Positions 23,200-24,493 of a stretch of DNA of 24,493 nt are shown here, in pieces. Numbering within the stretch: position 1 is the stretch's first letter; each line of letters starts with the position of its first letter. Under the pieces are notes generated by a model. The model had not been told where the DNA came from. It did no database searches and saw only the letters and a list, made by a program, of their open reading frames with translations. This stretch comes from a virus (lineage: Duplodnaviria > Caudoviricetes): positions 1 to 24,493 of the IMG/VR virus record IMGVR_UViG_3300032225_001048; one strand, 5' to 3'. A program made the position numbers and the translations under genes.

Positions 23200-23266
23200 G
23201 GGGGAAAGCGGATGCTGGATGGCGACGAGTACGAAAGCCTATGTTGCCAGTGCAGCGAGTACCCCA
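23200..23266 (+). ncRNA. Candidate structured RNA with loop-E/sarcin-ricin-like motif
   Basis: GGG-GAA-AGC...GCG-AGTA-CCC enclosing GCTG/CAGC and TGGCGAC/GTTGCCA stems. Confidence 0.5.
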
Positions 23267-23293
23267 CCTATTTTTTAACCACTGGAAAAACTC

Positions 23294-23737
23294 ATGACAA
23301 CTGAAACACCAAAACGTATTCAACGCAGTCGATTGACTCATGTCAATTCTTACAAACTTGTGCAATGGTTAAAAGACAATCCGGACATTGTTCGGACTAT
23401 GACCAAAAGAGCATTAGCAGAAAAAGCATCTCAAGAGCTCGGATTTTCGGTTGATTGGTCTAGTATGAGTGACCTTGCAAGAGATTTAAATATTGAGATT
23501 GGACTTCCAAAAGTTATTCGTCAATCTAAAAAAGAAAAATTTAAAAATTTTACATTGCAGGAAGAAGTAATGAAATCGTTAATAAGGGAGATATTGATAA
23601 ACCGCAAATGGATTGAAGTGCTATTGAAAAAAACATTTAAAAATCAAGAAGAATCTAATGCGGCTTTCAAAGAACTTTTTGGCTCCCCTGACTCAATAAT
23701 TTTAAGAAGTGAACCTGTGCAAGCTCCATCGCAATAA
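23294..23737 (+). CDS. AT-rich hypothetical protein, possible N-terminal HTH (147 aa)
   Basis: TKRALAEKASQELGFSVDWSSMSDLAR is HTH-like; about 28% GC over 23461-23640 (hand count). Confidence 0.65.
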   Translation: MTTETPKRIQRSRLTHVNSYKLVQWLKDNPDIVRTMTKRALAEKASQELGFSVDWSSMSDLARDLNIEIGLPKVIRQSKKEKFKNFTLQEEVMKSLIREILINRKWIEVLLKKTFKNQEESNAAFKELFGSPDSIILRSEPVQAPSQ

Positions 23738-24226
23738 ATGGACATCCTTTCATCCCGTGGCCAAGACTCGCTCATGCACGAGCGGATTATGTCCATGTGG
23801 ATTGAGACGGCTTGGAAGTGCCGGTACATCGAGACCCCAAAGGACTCACCGGCACTCATTGACGCAATCATCACCGACGAGCGCGGCGGAACTATGCGCG
23901 CAGTAGTGGAGACCAAATGCCGGTACAACTTAAAACTGGCGCAGCTTAAAAATTCATTTAACAACGAATGGCTTGTGACATGGACAAAAGTGCAAAACGC
24001 GATGCAGATAGCGACATCCCTTGGAGTTCCATGCGTGGGGCTGCTGTATTTGGTGGAAGAGAAAACCCTCCTCGTACAAAAGCTATCCGATCAGTATGGG
24101 AATTTGATGGCGAAGCTAAGAATCGAAAACACCGAAACGCAGGCAACTATCAACGGCGGAAAAGCCGTCAGGAATAACGCCTTCATCGACATGACCAACG
24201 CAAAAATTTATCAGATTGGAAAATAA
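23738..24226 (+). CDS. PD-(D/E)xK-superfamily nuclease-like protein (162 aa)
   Basis: HE...LIDAII...VVETKCR fits the E, D, E-x-K catalytic pattern; later LVTWTKV. Confidence 0.65.
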   Translation: MDILSSRGQDSLMHERIMSMWIETAWKCRYIETPKDSPALIDAIITDERGGTMRAVVETKCRYNLKLAQLKNSFNNEWLVTWTKVQNAMQIATSLGVPCVGLLYLVEEKTLLVQKLSDQYGNLMAKLRIENTETQATINGGKAVRNNAFIDMTNAKIYQIGK

Positions 24227-24227
24227 C

Positions 24228-24493
24228 GTGCAGATATCACAACCCCGAGCTTCTGAGTCAAATCACTGGTATACCCGTGACGGCATCCCCCGGTACACGG
24301 TCACTGGAAAGAATGGCCAGCAGCGCAATACGACGCTCAGAGACGCCCGCGTGCAGAGCTTGGTGCCCTCGGTCACCACTATCCTGAACACGGCTGCAAA
24401 GCCCGCCCTGACGGCTTGGCTCATGAATCAGGTGCTGATGGCCGCGCTGACTTTGCCTAAACGGGCGGATGAGCCGGACGAGGACTATTGCAA
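24228..24493 (+). CDS. Phage exonuclease (PD-(D/E)xK/Cas4-like), 5' part
   Basis: Not in ORF track. GTG start, HWYTRDG...TTLRDAR...LVPSVTTIL...KPALTAW; runs off the window. Confidence 0.75.
   Translation, partial: MQISQPRASESNHWYTRDGIPRYTVTGKNGQQRNTTLRDARVQSLVPSVTTILNTAAKPALTAWLMNQVLMAALTLPKRADEPDEDYC

Noticed and set aside
1-24493. CRISPR array, IS element, integrase, rRNA, alternative genetic code
   Set aside because: No repeat-spacer array, transposase or integrase motifs were seen, and genes pack tightly under the standard code with all three stop codons used.

Overview
Part of a tailed dsDNA phage genome (Caudoviricetes; a Proteobacteria host is inferred from gene families, not shown). 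About 22.3 kb is read on the minus strand. In transcription order: Cro/YdaS-like HTH, two DUF1376/YdaU-type replication proteins, a P-like loader, RusA, a Ref/DUF968-like nuclease, about 20 small accessory ORFs, TerS, TerL, two giant modular proteins (993 and 925 aa), portal, two small ORFs, GroES, scaffold-like protein, two head-module proteins, and the 5' end of the major capsid gene. A divergent plus-strand arm from about 22390 carries an SSB-like protein, an AT-rich insert, a PD-(D/E)xK nuclease and the start of an exonuclease. The most notable feature is the pair of large proteins between TerL and portal. Eight [YMK]-[AK]-x-G-G-x-[VIT] linkers divide them into apparent enzyme modules: two ART-PolyVal-like ADP-ribosyltransferases, a GP88-like Cys-triad domain, a GNAT-like domain and an unknown domain. 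This suggests a packaged or processed effector-polyprotein system. Four intergenic structured-RNA candidates are also visible. All family calls come from motif recognition by eye; no searches were run.
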